From positions 47,864,001 to 47,928,000 of the forward strand of contig NC_043009.1 in assembly GCF_006345805.1 (NCBI RefSeq): 64,000 bases of DNA, read 5' to 3'. The translations under genes and the position numbers were made by a program. The notes under the pieces were generated by a model. It had not been told where the DNA came from, made no database searches, and saw only the letters and a list, made by a program, of their open reading frames with translations. Below, piece by piece: positions 27,000-39,110 of this stretch (positions within the stretch are counted from its first letter, which is position 1; every line of letters starts with the position of its first letter). This DNA is from Octopus sinensis. Lineage: Eukaryota.

Positions 27000-28060
27000 A
27001 AAATGTGAGAGAAGGGAAGGAATTCCAACAGAAAACAATTATGAGAAAAATAAAACAGATTAGAGAAACAGAAGGAGGAACACATCAGGGATTATGAATG
27101 GAGAAAAGATGAGAGTATTTGTTAAATGGAACTGGCTGGCTCAGAAGAGCAGAGATCATTGCAAGAAAAGTACAAGAAGAAAAGGGAAGAAACAGTACAT
27201 TTGAGAGTTAGTGGTTTTAGCATATTGATGGTTGAATTATTTAGCAATCATTCAGATTCCTCTAAGGTTACCAACTGACTACACATAATAAGTAGAAACT
27301 TCTGGTACCAAGTTAATTTAGCAAATCTAGAGGCAGGAGTGGGCCCCAGAAATATATATCCAAGCTCTATAATGCCAAGCCACTCATAATTCCAGTCAAG
27401 CCATCAGATGGCACATCTCTCCTCAAAATCCAATCAGAAATGGTAGAGCATGGGAAAGAAACATGTTGACCGACTTTTAAACTTGGAGGCTAAATAAAAA
27501 CAATGAGGACAACAAACCCTTCTGCCTTAAAATAGGGATATAGTGTTCCAGTCCATTGCTAGGAAATTAATAGCCAATGTGATGCCCAAAATATTAGTCC
27601 AGTCAGTAGAAAATATGATACTAGAGTAACATCATGTCTCTAAAAAAAAACCATAGTACAATCAACATGAACTTTTTGACAAAGCAGTTTAAATAGAAAT
27701 GTAGAGCACGATATTAGCACCTATTCTTCGTGTTTGTAGATTTGTGAAAGGCTTTCAATACCATAAACAAAAATCTTCTATAGATGTTTCTAGTAGATTT
27801 GGTTGCCTCCACCCCACAAAATTTGTGGGTCTCCACTAATTCACAAAGGGCCAATAGTTTGAATTGTTATTGGAGAGGAGAAATCTGAACTTTTCCATGT
27901 AAAAATATGAGTCAGATAAGGTCTAGTGTTTGTTCCTGTACACAATACTGTTACACATGAGAATAGTAAAGGAGATGAGAGGGTCACGATTAAATTCTGA
28001 TTCAATGTGAATGATTTTCAATGACAGAAGAATGCAAAGTACCATCTAGTAGCTCACAGT
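27000..28060 (+). pseudogene. Old RTE (BovB-like) RT remnant
   Basis: PVKPSDGTSLLKIQSEM..EHVDRLLN, and FVDL.KAFNT plus GC(L)P..FV motifs, with stops and frameshifts. Confidence 0.7.
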
Positions 28061-28163
28061 CCAATTGCTTTACAAATTGTTACAGCATATAAATATATGG
28101 ATCTGACAGTTAACATCAAGAAACTGAAGGACATTTGCCAGTGGCACACTACACTTTTGATAA

Positions 28164-28392
28164 TTAACCCATTCAATACCAACCCGGCTGAAACCACCTC
28201 TGGCTCTGTAGTATAAATGTCTTGTTCTCATAAGTTTTGACTTAAAATCTTCCACTAAACCTTAGTCACAATTTATGTTCCTTAAACCAGCTCAATGATA
28301 ACTAAGTTATTTTACTAAATTCTTTGTTAATTTAAAATTAATTGAAAGAAACACAGAGCATCTCAAAATAAATACAATAACAAAAGGGTTAA
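28164..28392 (-). mobile_element. TTAA-flanked MITE (piggyBac-type); opposite-orientation copy at 32266-32493
   Basis: TTAA|CCC...GGG|TTAA ends. The two copies are reverse complements of each other over about 225 bp. Confidence 0.8.
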
Positions 28393-31119
28393 TGCCTTAT
28401 GAAATCCTTCAAGTCACCTGATAAAATTGGGTTATGTACATAGAAATCATCCATGAAACCAGCAGAATTGAAACTACATTATATAGGTATTGACTGGAAT
28501 TAGTAGGACACTTAGTGCACTTATCTTTCTTGTATTTCCTCTTTGGCCAATTAAATTACAGTCAACAGCTGGTTGGAAATTTTTAAAAATGTGATTCAAG
28601 ACCATGTTGAGGAGTGTCATTATCAACACCTCAAAAATGGAAGATCTTGTTGCTGCTACTCATTTTGGTGATTCCACTACGAAGAAGATGAATGCATGGA
28701 GGAGAGAGACGTTGAGCACTATCAGACAAAGTGAGGAAAGAAGTATTCATGCTAAGCTGCACTTTCTCCAACTCCTCTAAACCAACCAAACAACCAACCA
28801 ACCAGTCAACCAACCAACCAACCAACGAAGCAATCAACAAGTCAACCAATCATTTACATTCTTATCTGCAAACAAAGCAACATATCAAGAACTGAGACAT
28901 CAAAAGATTCTGGAAATTAAAGAGAAATTGGTTATTTTCAGATCCAATGGACAACCATAAGCAAGCAATAGAAATGAGTGTATAAAAACTCAAATATCAC
29001 CAACACAAATATATTTATACCACTTTTATTTAAAGCAAGATTTTTCGTTTTTATGAGATGTATTGTTGTTGGAAAAATATTATAATGAAAAGGTTAATGT
29101 AATATTTCTAAAAACTGGGGAAAAAAGCACACTTTATTCCAATCATTGACTTCTTTAAGAATAGAGTAATTTTTTTTTTGTATTAAATATAATTTTCTGT
29201 TAACCTCATCATGGCTGTGTGGTAAGAAGCTTGCTTCCCAACCACATGGTTCTGGGTTCAGTCCCACTGCGTGGCACCTTGGCAAGTGTCTTCTACTATA
29301 GCCTCAGGCCAGCCAAAGACTTGTGAGTGAATTTGGTAGATGGAAACTAAAAGAAGCCCATCATATATATATATATATATATACATACCAATGTTGGTAT
29401 GCTTACACTCCCATAACTTAGCAGTTCAGCAAAAGAAACTGATAGAATAAGTACTAGGCTTACAAAGAATAAGTCCTAGGGTTGATTTGTTCAACTAAAG
29501 GTGGTGCTCCAGTATGGCCAGTCAGATGACTGAAACAAGTTAAGAATCATCATTCAGTATCCATGTTCTATGTTGGTATGAGTTGAATTGTTTGGTCGGG
29601 TACAATAGACCCAAGGGCTGTATCGTGCTTCAATGTCTGTTTTTGTAATGTTTTCTACAGCTGGCTGCCTTTCCTAATGCCAACCACTTTACAGCATGTA
29701 CTGAGTGCTTTATTCATGTCACCAGCAGTAGTGACATCGCTGTGCCTTTTGCAAGATTACGATCCCCAGGGGGAGCAACATTAACTCTCTTAAGACACAC
29801 AGTAATTTGGTATGTGTAGCCAAAAAAACCAAAATGTTTTTTTCTGTTGAGATTGAAATTTATGAGTGCATGAAGAAAACAAGGGATAAAGTGCCTAAAA
29901 CTATTTTATTAGTATGTAAAATTATATATATTATACTAGCTGGCCCCATGCCATAAAAAATGACAGCTAATTGTAGTATTTTATACATAAATAAAGTACA
30001 AAATAAGGTACATAATAATCACAGATACAAACATTCACATACTTCCCTCATACACACACACACATATACTCAGAGTTGAAACACTGATTTTTCTTTTTAG
30101 CGTTGAATGTTCACCATCCCACTTCCATTACACACACACACAAACGTTCACATGACTCCCTTTTACATACACACACATACTCATGCAGAGTTGAAATGCT
30201 GTTTGATTTTCTTTTTCACCACAGATCTTCCATCATCTCAGTACCAAGTTTACTATTACTCCTTCTTTCATTATTCAGCTGTCACCCCTTTCTTTCTCAT
30301 CCATATGTTGTGATGGAAAAAGACACGAGTGTATTATTATAGTAGATAGTTTGATATTATATCTACTGAAAGACCTTCTCTGGTTGGTTATTACACTTCA
30401 AAACGTTTGGCCAATTGGTCAACCTCAAAGTCCTTCAGCTTGTATCAGTTGAGTCAATCAATCAGCCCAGGTGTTCCAAGAGGATTAACCTAGGGGAATA
30501 AGGAGCAGAAAGGGATGAAATGTGAGAGAAAAGGGCCAGAGCAGAACAGGTTTCTTGCTGTAGAGGAGTTACATGACTACTCACATTTCAACACAACAAA
30601 TTATTTTTTTAACCATAGGACTTACAAAATAGCCAAACAACTATTGGTTGATGTGATGGGTTAGCAGTAGTAGCAGCAACTCTCTGACTGTTGGTTGATG
30701 CGACATATAGTCACATGATGGTGGTAGTGGCAGCATATATTATTGTTACGAAGGAGAGATATTCTGATAAATATAATTTATCTAAAACATATAATTTATC
30801 TGATTTATCAGATGCAGCATGGGGTTTTGTCAGTGAACAGTTCACGGTCTCAAAGCGACGAAAATATTTTGACAAATTAAAAATTAAATGTTGAAGTGAA
30901 TCTAACGGTTTTTGTGTGTTTCTTAAATGGCTTATAAACACCTTCCATGCTGTAATTGTTTTCGTTCCAGCACACAATCTCAAAACCAAAATACTGTTCT
31001 CTAGTTCTACAAAAGAAAACCAATTCTAATGAGAAATAATATTCATTGGTTACATGACTGATTTAAAGCATGCTGCACGTTTTCTTTTTGCACGCTTTTA
31101 CTGTGAGGTGGACTATATA

Positions 31120-31510
31120 AACTAGGGGTTGAACACATGATGCAAGCTGGCGATGTGAACAAGGTTGGTGATGTGAGAGGTCAGTGTGAAGTTGGCAAGA
31201 AAGACAGTCAGAGAAAAGATGCGACATGCCCAGTCAAAGTGGACTGGGTGACAAAGAACCACATTGCACAAGACATCCACCTGGGTATGACCTACTTCTT
31301 GATTTGCTGGGCTGGCCTGCAGTTTCTCAGCTGCCGACTTGGCTGTTAGAGCTGTGTTGGTGTCAGGAAGCTGCATTTTGTAATATTATGATGTCAGTTG
31401 CAGTCATGGCCAATTCAGAACCGTTCCTATATAAACACCTATCAACGAGGTGGTCATGTACAGAACAACAGCCCTTGCACTCTGGCAAACTGCCCCATTT
31501 GCAATACTAA
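31120..31510 (-). pseudogene. Coding-like segment, possibly a decayed LINE C-terminal zinc-finger region
   Basis: Non-repetitive and of higher GC. Minus-strand frames give ACRIFS..LTSH and PCSH..LY(S)HL, which resemble RTE C2H2 tails. No good splice sites. Confidence 0.3.
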
Positions 31511-31649
31511 CACATGCTTATGTGCATATGTAGTACACCAGATATGATGCTCCAAATGCAACAACTGCTGCTGAATAACTATATTTACAAGTAAAATGAA
31601 GAATATCAAATACTGAAAGTATGCAGTTCTATATTTAAGAGATGAGGAA

Positions 31650-31997
31650 TTATTTACATAATTTACATTTGACGGATATTTGTCCTCATCTTGTTTGTTG
31701 TTAACGTTTCAGCTGATATACCCTCCAGCCTGCATCAGGTGTCTTGGGGGAAATTTCAAACCTGGGATCTCTTTCCTAAGGTATTTGTCATCGTCAGCAG
31801 CGGTGGCGGTGGCAGCATCATCATCATCATCATCATTATTATTCAGGTCACTGCCTGGAATTGAACTCAGAATCTTGGGTTTAGTAGCCCATGCTCTTAA
31901 CCACTACGCCATATGCCCGTGGACATATGGAGGGTATATCAGCCGAAACGTGTTAACAACGAATAAGATGAAGACAAATATCTGTCAAATGTAAATA
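31650..31997 (-). mobile_element. tRNA-headed SINE with hammerhead-type (Penelope-like) tail and inverted terminal copy
   Basis: Box A TGGCGTAGTGG (31901-31911) and box B GTTCAATTCC (31857-31866) on the minus strand. The tail reads GACAC-CTGATGCA-GGCTG..CAGCT-GAAACGTT. 31662-31726 and about 31929-31995 are inverted repeats. Confidence 0.8.
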
Positions 31998-32210
31998 GTG
32001 TAGATAATGTACTGAAAGTATGGTTAAGCAAAAAGTAATTGTTAGGGATCAATTGTTGTTTGAACTGAAATCAGCCTCCTTTTGTAGTTTGCTGTCTTTG
32101 TAGCATATGTCTATCACAGCAGCATATCACTTGACCACATATCTATCCCAGTTTCTATATAATCATTTTGTAATGTTACAGAAAATCCCTTTTGGCTATG
32201 CTTCACATAC

Positions 32211-32247
32211 TTTGCACTTTAAGAACAGTGTCAACATATGAAGGTCA
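32211..32247 (-). CDS. Candidate 37-nt exon D of the host gene ((C)DLHMLTLFLKCK)
   Basis: gttatttctcattccag|TGACC...AAA|gtatgt. Only offset 1 is open, which matches the phase-2 end of exon C. Confidence 0.4.
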
Positions 32248-32265
32248 CTGGAATGAGAAATAACT

Positions 32266-32493
32266 TTAACCTTTTCGTTACTGTATTTATTTTGAGAAGC
32301 TCTGTGTTTCTTTCAATTACTTTAAATATAACAAAAAAATTAGTAAAATAACTTGGTTGTCATTAAGCTAGTGTTAGGAACATAAATTGTGACTAAGGTT
32401 TGGTGGAAGATTTTAATTAAAAACTTATGAAAACAAGACATTTGTACTCAAAGCCAGGGCCGGTTTCAGCTGGGTTGGCAACAAAAGGTTTAA
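32266..32493 (+). mobile_element. TTAA-flanked MITE, same family as 28164-28392
   Basis: TTAA|CCTTTTCGTTAC...AAAAGGT|TTAA. Confidence 0.8.
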
Positions 32494-34044
32494 AACAATT
32501 CTTCTCTCTCAGTTCCTCATACCAAAGAATGTTACAATATCCAAGCATGCTTACAGCTCCAGCAATTTCTAGATTTCAAATAATGTTTTGTTTATTTATT
32601 TATTTATTGGCAAATGCATGATGCATGTTGCCATATTACTTTATATGCACAGCTTGCTTTGCAATTACATGGTTTCAGTACCTTGGGCAAGTGTCTTCTA
32701 CTATAGGCTCAGGATCAGTTAATGCCTTATGAGTGAATTATGTATACAGAAACTGTGTGGAAGCCTTTCTTACACACATACACGCGCATATAAATACAGA
32801 TACAAACACACATGATGTGTGTCTTAGCATTTGTGGTTGCCCTACCACTGACCACCACCACCAATACCAATTAACAAGTCATGTCAGTTTTTTCTTTTTC
32901 TTTTTTCTTTCTTTTACTTGTTTCAGTCATTTGACTGCGGCCATGCTGGAGCACCGCCTTTAGTCGAGCAAATCAACTTATTCTTTGTAAGCCCAGTACT
33001 TATTTTATCGGTCTCTTTTGCTGAACCGCTAAGTGACAGGGACGTAAACACACCAGCATCGGTTGTCAAGCAATGCTAGGGGGACAAACACAGACACACA
33101 AACACATACACATATATATACATATATACGACAGACTTCTTTCAGTTTCCGTCTACCAAATCGACTCACAAGGCATTGGTCGGCCCAGGGCTATAGCAGA
33201 AGACACTTGCCCAAGATGCCACGCAGTGGGACTGAACCCAGAACCATGTGGTTGATTAGCAAGCTACTTACCACACAGCCACTCCTGCGCCTATGTTTGT
33301 TTATACCCTCATAACTTAGCAGTTCAGCAAAAGAGACTGACAGAATTAAGTACCAGACTTATGTTCAAGGGTCAGTTTGTTACACTAAACCCTTTAAGGT
33401 AGTACCCCAGCATGGCTGCAATCCAATGACTGAAGTGGAATATATTAAAAAATATAAAAGAAATGCTCTATTAAAGATGTGCCAGCCGGTTTTAATACTT
33501 TGCAATTGTTAATTAAAACTAATCAGTAGAAACCACTATAAATGTGACATAAGTTATATAAGGGGTCATCTAATAATTATACATTTAGAGAGTGTAATAA
33601 CAGTAGGATACATAATTAAGGCTACTAGTGGTGTGTTTTTATTCTTTTACTTGTTTTAGTCATTTGATGGCAGCCATGCTGGAGCACTGCCTTAAAGGGT
33701 ATTAGTGGAACAAATTGATCCCAGTACTTATTGTTTGTAAGCCTAGTACTTATTCTATCAGTCTCTTTTGCTGAACTGTTAAGTTATGGGGACATAAACA
33801 CACCAACATCAGTTGCCAAGTGATGGTGGGGGAGGGGGTGACAGACACACACATAAATACATACACACACACATATACACGATGGGCTTTTTTCAGTTTC
33901 CATCTACCAAATCCACTCATGAGGCTTTACTCAGCCTGACGCTATAGTAGAAGACACTTGCCCAAGGTGCCATGCAGTGGGACTGAACCCGGAACCTTGT
34001 GATGGGGAAGAGAGCTTCTTACCACACAGCCACGCCTGTACTTA

Positions 34045-35790
34045 ATTTTCCTATTCAAGTTTTATAGCAGTGAACTAAGAGTATCAAATACCCCACAGCA
34101 GCTATCATTTTTGTTCCATCTTAAAATGTCAACTTTCTGCAATTCTCTTCCTGCCCCAAATTTTTCCGACAGGACATCATGGAAGTAAGGGCACAGCCTC
34201 TAAAAGTAGTTGTCTCCATGTAAGTGATGTGAGTTCAGACTTGAAGATTCCCCATCTGCAGGTTTGCATTTAGATGTCTTTGGTGTCTAATGTGTGTGTG
34301 TGTGTATAGATATATACATATATGCATACACACAGTAGTGAAGGTACATGGCTTAGTGGTTAGGGTATTCAGCTCACAATCATAAGGTTGTGAGTTCAAT
34401 TCCTGGTGACATGTTGTGTCCTTGAGCAAGACACTTTATTTCACATTACTCCAGTCCACTCAGCTGGCAAAAATCAAGTAGTACCCGTATTTCAAAGGGC
34501 CAGCCTTGTCACACTCTGTGTCATGCTGATTCTCCTTGAAGACTACATTAAGGGTACATGCGTTCGTGGAGTGCTCAGCTACTTGCTTGTAAATTTCAAG
34601 ACCAGGCTGTTCTGTTGGTCGGATCAACTGGATACCCTGCCATTGTTAGTTGATTAGTTAGTTAGTTATACATAGAGTATTATGTGGCATACATGTAGTA
34701 GTAGTATACAGTGTAAACACATACTACAAACATTCAAACTGTCAGTAGTTTTCCAAATCCTGATGCATTTCAGGTGGAATTTTCGATTCTCCAAAACTGT
34801 CTTCGTGTATAAGTCAGCCTGACATTTTTCAGTGTAAATTTTAGTTTGAAATATTCAACTTGTAGGCTAGAAAATGTGTTAATTCTCCTGTTGCAAGTGA
34901 TCTTTCTACACTGGGAAAATATTTTCTTATTCAAGTTTTATAGCAGTGAACTAAGAGTCCCAAATACCCTACCCCCATCATCATTTTTGTTCCTTCTTAA
35001 AATGTCAACTTTCTGCAATTCTTTTCTTATCCCAAATTTTTCCTACAGAACAACATCGAAGTAAGTGCACAGTCTCTAAAATTAGCTGTCTAACATAAGT
35101 GAGAATGTGACCTTAGACTTGAACATTACCTGTGTGCAGGTTTGCATCTACATGTCTTTGATTTCTAATGTGTACTTTGTGACAGTCTATTAGTTACAAT
35201 GACGAGGGTTCCAGTTGATCCAATCAACAGAAGAGCCTGCCCATGAAATTAACATGCAAGTGGCTGAACACTCCACAGACACGTGTACCCTTAATGTAGT
35301 TCTCAGGGAGATTCAGCATGACACAGAATGCAACAAGGCTAGCACTTTAAAATATAAGTACAACAGAAGCAGAAAGAAAGAATGAAAGAAAGTTGTGGTG
35401 AAAGATTACAGCAGGGTTTGCCACCATCCCTTGCCGGAGCCTTGTGAAGCTTTAGGTGTTTTCGCTCAATAAACACTCACAACGCCTGGTCTGGGAATTA
35501 AAACCATGATCCTATTATCGCGAGCCCGCTACCCTAACCACTGCGTCATTGCACCTCCACACTAAAGTGCATATACATACAGTGTATATACATATTTTGT
35601 GGCATACATGTTGATGTAGTAAACAGTGTAAACACATACTGCAAACATTTAAACATTGTCAGTAGCTTTCCAAATCCTGCTACATTTCACAAGGCATTTT
35701 TGGTCTAAATTTTGGTCTGAAGAATATGACTTGTAGGCTAGAAAATATGTTAATTAATCTGTCGCTGGTGATCTTTCTACACAGGGAGAA
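34045..35790 (+). repeat. Old local tandem duplication (unit about 500 bp) interrupted by SINEs
   Basis: 34045-34290 resembles 34921-35172, and 34670-34925 resembles 35585-35790. Identity is roughly 75-80% by eye. Confidence 0.85.
34345..34650 (+). mobile_element. Second tRNA-derived SINE family (GGCTTAGTGG..GTTCAATTCC..GTGTCCTTGAGCAAGACAC)
   Basis: Box A/B followed by a CORE-like segment. Related copies lie near 15340(-), 35195(-), 43290(-), 60380(+) and 63260(+). Confidence 0.75.
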
Positions 35791-36988
35791 TATTTTTTTT
35801 ATATTTCTTATTTCATTTATTTAACTTGTTTCAGTCACAGGGCAACAGCCAAACTAGGAAAGTACCATTAAGGGTTTAGTGAGATAAATAGACCCCAGTA
35901 CTAATTTCTTAAGTCTGGTACATATTCTATCAGACTCATTTGCTGGAACTTCTATATTACAAGGATGTAAACAAACCAACACCAGTGGGGGAGGGGGTAA
36001 GCACAAAGACATATGAAAAAATATGTAAGCAAGTATGTATGTATGTATGTATGTATGCATGCATGTATGTATGTATCAAACAATATATACATAGGCACAG
36101 GTATGGCTATGTGGTAAGAAGTTTGCTTCCCAACTACATGGTTACAGGTTCAATTCCACTGCATGGCACCTTGAGCAAATGTCTTCTACTCTATCCATGG
36201 GTCAGCCAAAGCCTTGTGAGTGGACTTGGGAGATGGAAACTGAAAGAAGCCTATCAAATATGTGTGTGTTTCTCTGTTTGTCTTCCACCGATGCCTGAAA
36301 ATTGGCGTAGGTATGCTTAGATTTCCATAACTAAGCAATTCAGTTAAAGAGACTGAAAGAGTAAGTACCAGGCTTTTCAAGAAAATAAGGTTGATTAATT
36401 CGACTAATAATTCTTCAAGGTGGTGCCCCAGCATGGCCACAGTCTAATAAAGACTGAAACAAGTAAAAGTTAAAAGATAAAACATGACCTACACATTTTC
36501 TGTCAATCAAATTCACTCACAACCCATTGGTCAACCTTGGGATGCAGTAGAAGATACTTGCTCAAGGTGTTGTGTGAAGGGATTGAACATGGAATAGGTG
36601 GTTGTGGATTGAAATTCTTAACCATACAGCCACACATAATCAAAATGAAAGTTCAATATAAATAAGCTGTGGCTGTGTGGTAAGAAGCTTGCTTCCCTAC
36701 CACATGGTTCCGGGTTCAGTCCCACTGCGTGGTACTTTGGGCAAGTGTCTTCTACTACAGCCTCGGGCTGACCAAAGCCTTGTGAGTGGATTTGGTAGAC
36801 AGAAACTGAAAGAAGCTCATCGTATATATATCATCATCATCATCATCATCGTTTAGCGTCCGCTTTCCATGCTGGCATGGGTTGGATGGTGCAACTGGGG
36901 TCTGGGAAGCCAGAAGGCTGCACCAGGCCCAGTCTGATCAGGCAATGTTTCTACGGCTGGATGTCCTTCCTAACGCCAGCCCTTCCTA

Positions 36989-37021
<33 letters not shown>

Positions 37022-37022
<1 letters not shown>

Positions 37023-38432
37023 CAAGCTGTTGGATCAAGTAATGAAGGTTACGGAGAGGGTCATAGCCCAACTAATTAGAGAGAGAGTTAGTTTAGATGA
37101 GATGCAGTTTGGGTTCGTGCCAGGAAAAAGTACCACTGATGCTATATTCCTGGTAAGGCAGCTGCAGGAGAAATACCTAGCCAAAGATAAGCCCCTGTAC
37201 CTGGCTTTCGTTGACATGGAGAAAGCTTTTGATAGGGTCCCCCGATCCCTTATCTGGTGGTCAATGAGGAAACTAGGGATAGATGAATGGCTGGTGAGGA
37301 CTGTGCAAGCCATGTACAGAGATGCCGTAAGTAAGGTTAGGGTTGGCAACATGTACACAGAAGAATTCAAAGTAGAGGTTGGGGTCCACCAGGGTTCAGT
37401 ACTCAGCCCCCTCCTATTTATCATAGTACTCCAGGCAATTACGGAGGAATTCAAGACAGGCTGTCCCTGGGAGCTCCTCTACGCTGACGACCTTGCTCTT
37501 ATTGCTGAGTCACTATCAGAACTGGAGGAGAAGTTCCAGGTGTGAAGGAGGGTTTAGAATCAAGGGGCCTTAGAGTCAACCTAGCTAAAACCAAAGTACT
37601 AATAAGTAGAAAGGTAGACAATCCACAAATATCTTCAGGAAGATGGCCCTGCTCGATCTGTAGAAAAGGTGTAGGTAGAAACTCTATAAGATGTACCCAG
37701 TGTAAGCTATGGACACATAAGAGGTGCAGCAATGTCAAAGGTAGGCTAACTGGGAAGATAGTTTTTGTATGTGACAGATGCTCGGGAGCATTAACCTCCG
37801 AAAATCTGCAGAAAACAACTTCCGTCACTTTCCAGGGGGAAAAACTAGAAGTAGTTGATAGCTTCCGTTATCTAGGTGACCAAGTCAGTAGTGGGGGTGG
37901 GTGCGCTGAAAGTGTAACTGCTAGAATAAGAATAGCCTGGGCAAAGTTTAGGGAGCTCTTACCTCTGCTGGTGACTAAAGGCCTCTCGCTCAGAGTAAAA
38001 GGCAGACTGTATGATGCGTGTGTACGAACAGCCATGCTACATGGCAGCGAAACATGGGCTGTGACTGCTGAGGACATGCGTAAGCTCGTGAGGAATGAAG
38101 CCAGTATGCTCCGATGGATGTGTAATGTCAGTGTACATACTCGACAGAGCGTTAGCACCTTGAGAGAAATGTTGTACCTAAGAAGCATCAGTTGTGTGCA
38201 AGAGAGACGATTGCGCTGGTATGGTCATGTGGCGAGAATGGATGAAGATAGGTGTGTGAGAAAGTGCCAATCCCTAGCAGTTGAGGGAACCCGTGGAAGA
38301 GGTAGACCCAGGAAAACCTGGGACGAGGTGGTGAAGCACGACCTTCGAACTTTAGGCCTCATTGAGGAAATGACCAGAGACCGAGACCTTTGGAAATATT
38401 CTGTACGTGAGAAGACCAGGCAGGACAAGTGA
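37022..38432 (+). pseudogene. RTE reverse transcriptase ORF (partial, 1-nt frameshift) with PHD-like finger
   Basis: ORFs 36877-37545 and 37542-38432 join across GTGTGAAG (expected GTGTGGAAG, giving VWK). Contains CSIC..C..C..W.H.RC..C..C. Confidence 0.9.
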
Positions 38433-39110
38433 GCCCAGCCCACTTATGAATGCCTTTCCTCCCTTGGACACAAAGACCGTTGAGGCAAGCGAAGTCGATA
38501 TAGAACCTCATCCGACGACAGACACCCATCCCACCCCCCATGCTTGCGAAGACATGTTGGGGCAAGCGAAATCGAAATCGAAATCGAAACCGAATTGAAC
38601 CAGCCAGGATCCCTGGCCTAGTGGTACGTAAAAAGCACTATCCGACTCGGGGCCGTGGCACGTAAAATACTCCAATGCGACCGTACGACAGGCACCCATG
38701 CATGCCAACCCCCTTTGCTTGTGAAGACATGTTGGGGCAAGCGAAATCGAAATCGAATTGAACCAGCCAGGATCCCTGGTCTGGTGGTACGTAAAAAGCA
38801 CTATCCGACTCGTGGCCGATGCCAGCACCGCCTCGACTGGCTTCCGTGCCGGTGGCACATAAAATACACCAATCTGACCATGGCCGTTGCCAGCCCCGCC
38901 TGGCACCTGTGCAGGTGGCACGTAAAAAGCACCCACTACACTCACGGAGTGGTTGGCGTTAGGAAGGGCATCCAGCTGTAGAAACATTGCCAAATTAGAC
39001 TGGAGCCTGGTGCAGCCTTCTGGCTTCCCAGAACCCCGGTCGAACCGTCCAACCCATGCTAGCATGGAGAACGGACGTTAAACGACGATGATGATGATGA
39101 TGATGATGAT
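37022..39110 (+). mobile_element. Young 5'-truncated RTE-clade LINE
   Basis: RT motifs QFGF, FVDMEKAFDRV, GVHQGSVLSPLLF and YADD (37480), plus RLRWYGHV and RGRGRPRKTW. One frameshift near 37543. The 3' UTR has repeats of about 175 bp and a (GAT)n tail. Confidence 0.95.

Noticed and set aside
28858-28909. Minus-strand exon candidate (SFDVSVLDMLLCLQIR)
   Set aside because: The acceptor is good but the donor is weak (AT|gtaaat), and the phase does not fit the neighbouring exons.
30940-31007. Minus-strand exon candidate (TREQYFGFEIVCWNENNYSME)
   Set aside because: It overlaps what appears to be a dispersed repeat, and the donor gtgttt is poor.
31845-31915. tRNA gene
   Set aside because: Box A/B are present but the acceptor stem does not close, and the sequence runs into a SINE body. 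The same holds for all other tRNA-like heads here.
32523-32568. Minus-strand exon candidate (IAGAVSMLGYCNIL)
   Set aside because: The acceptor is purine-rich and the phase is incompatible with exon C.
38930-39000. Twister or HDV-like ribozyme before GTTAGGAAGGGCATCC in the RTE tail
   Set aside because: The twister core (GGTCCCAAGCCC..GGAGGG) is absent and no nested double pseudoknot could be drawn.
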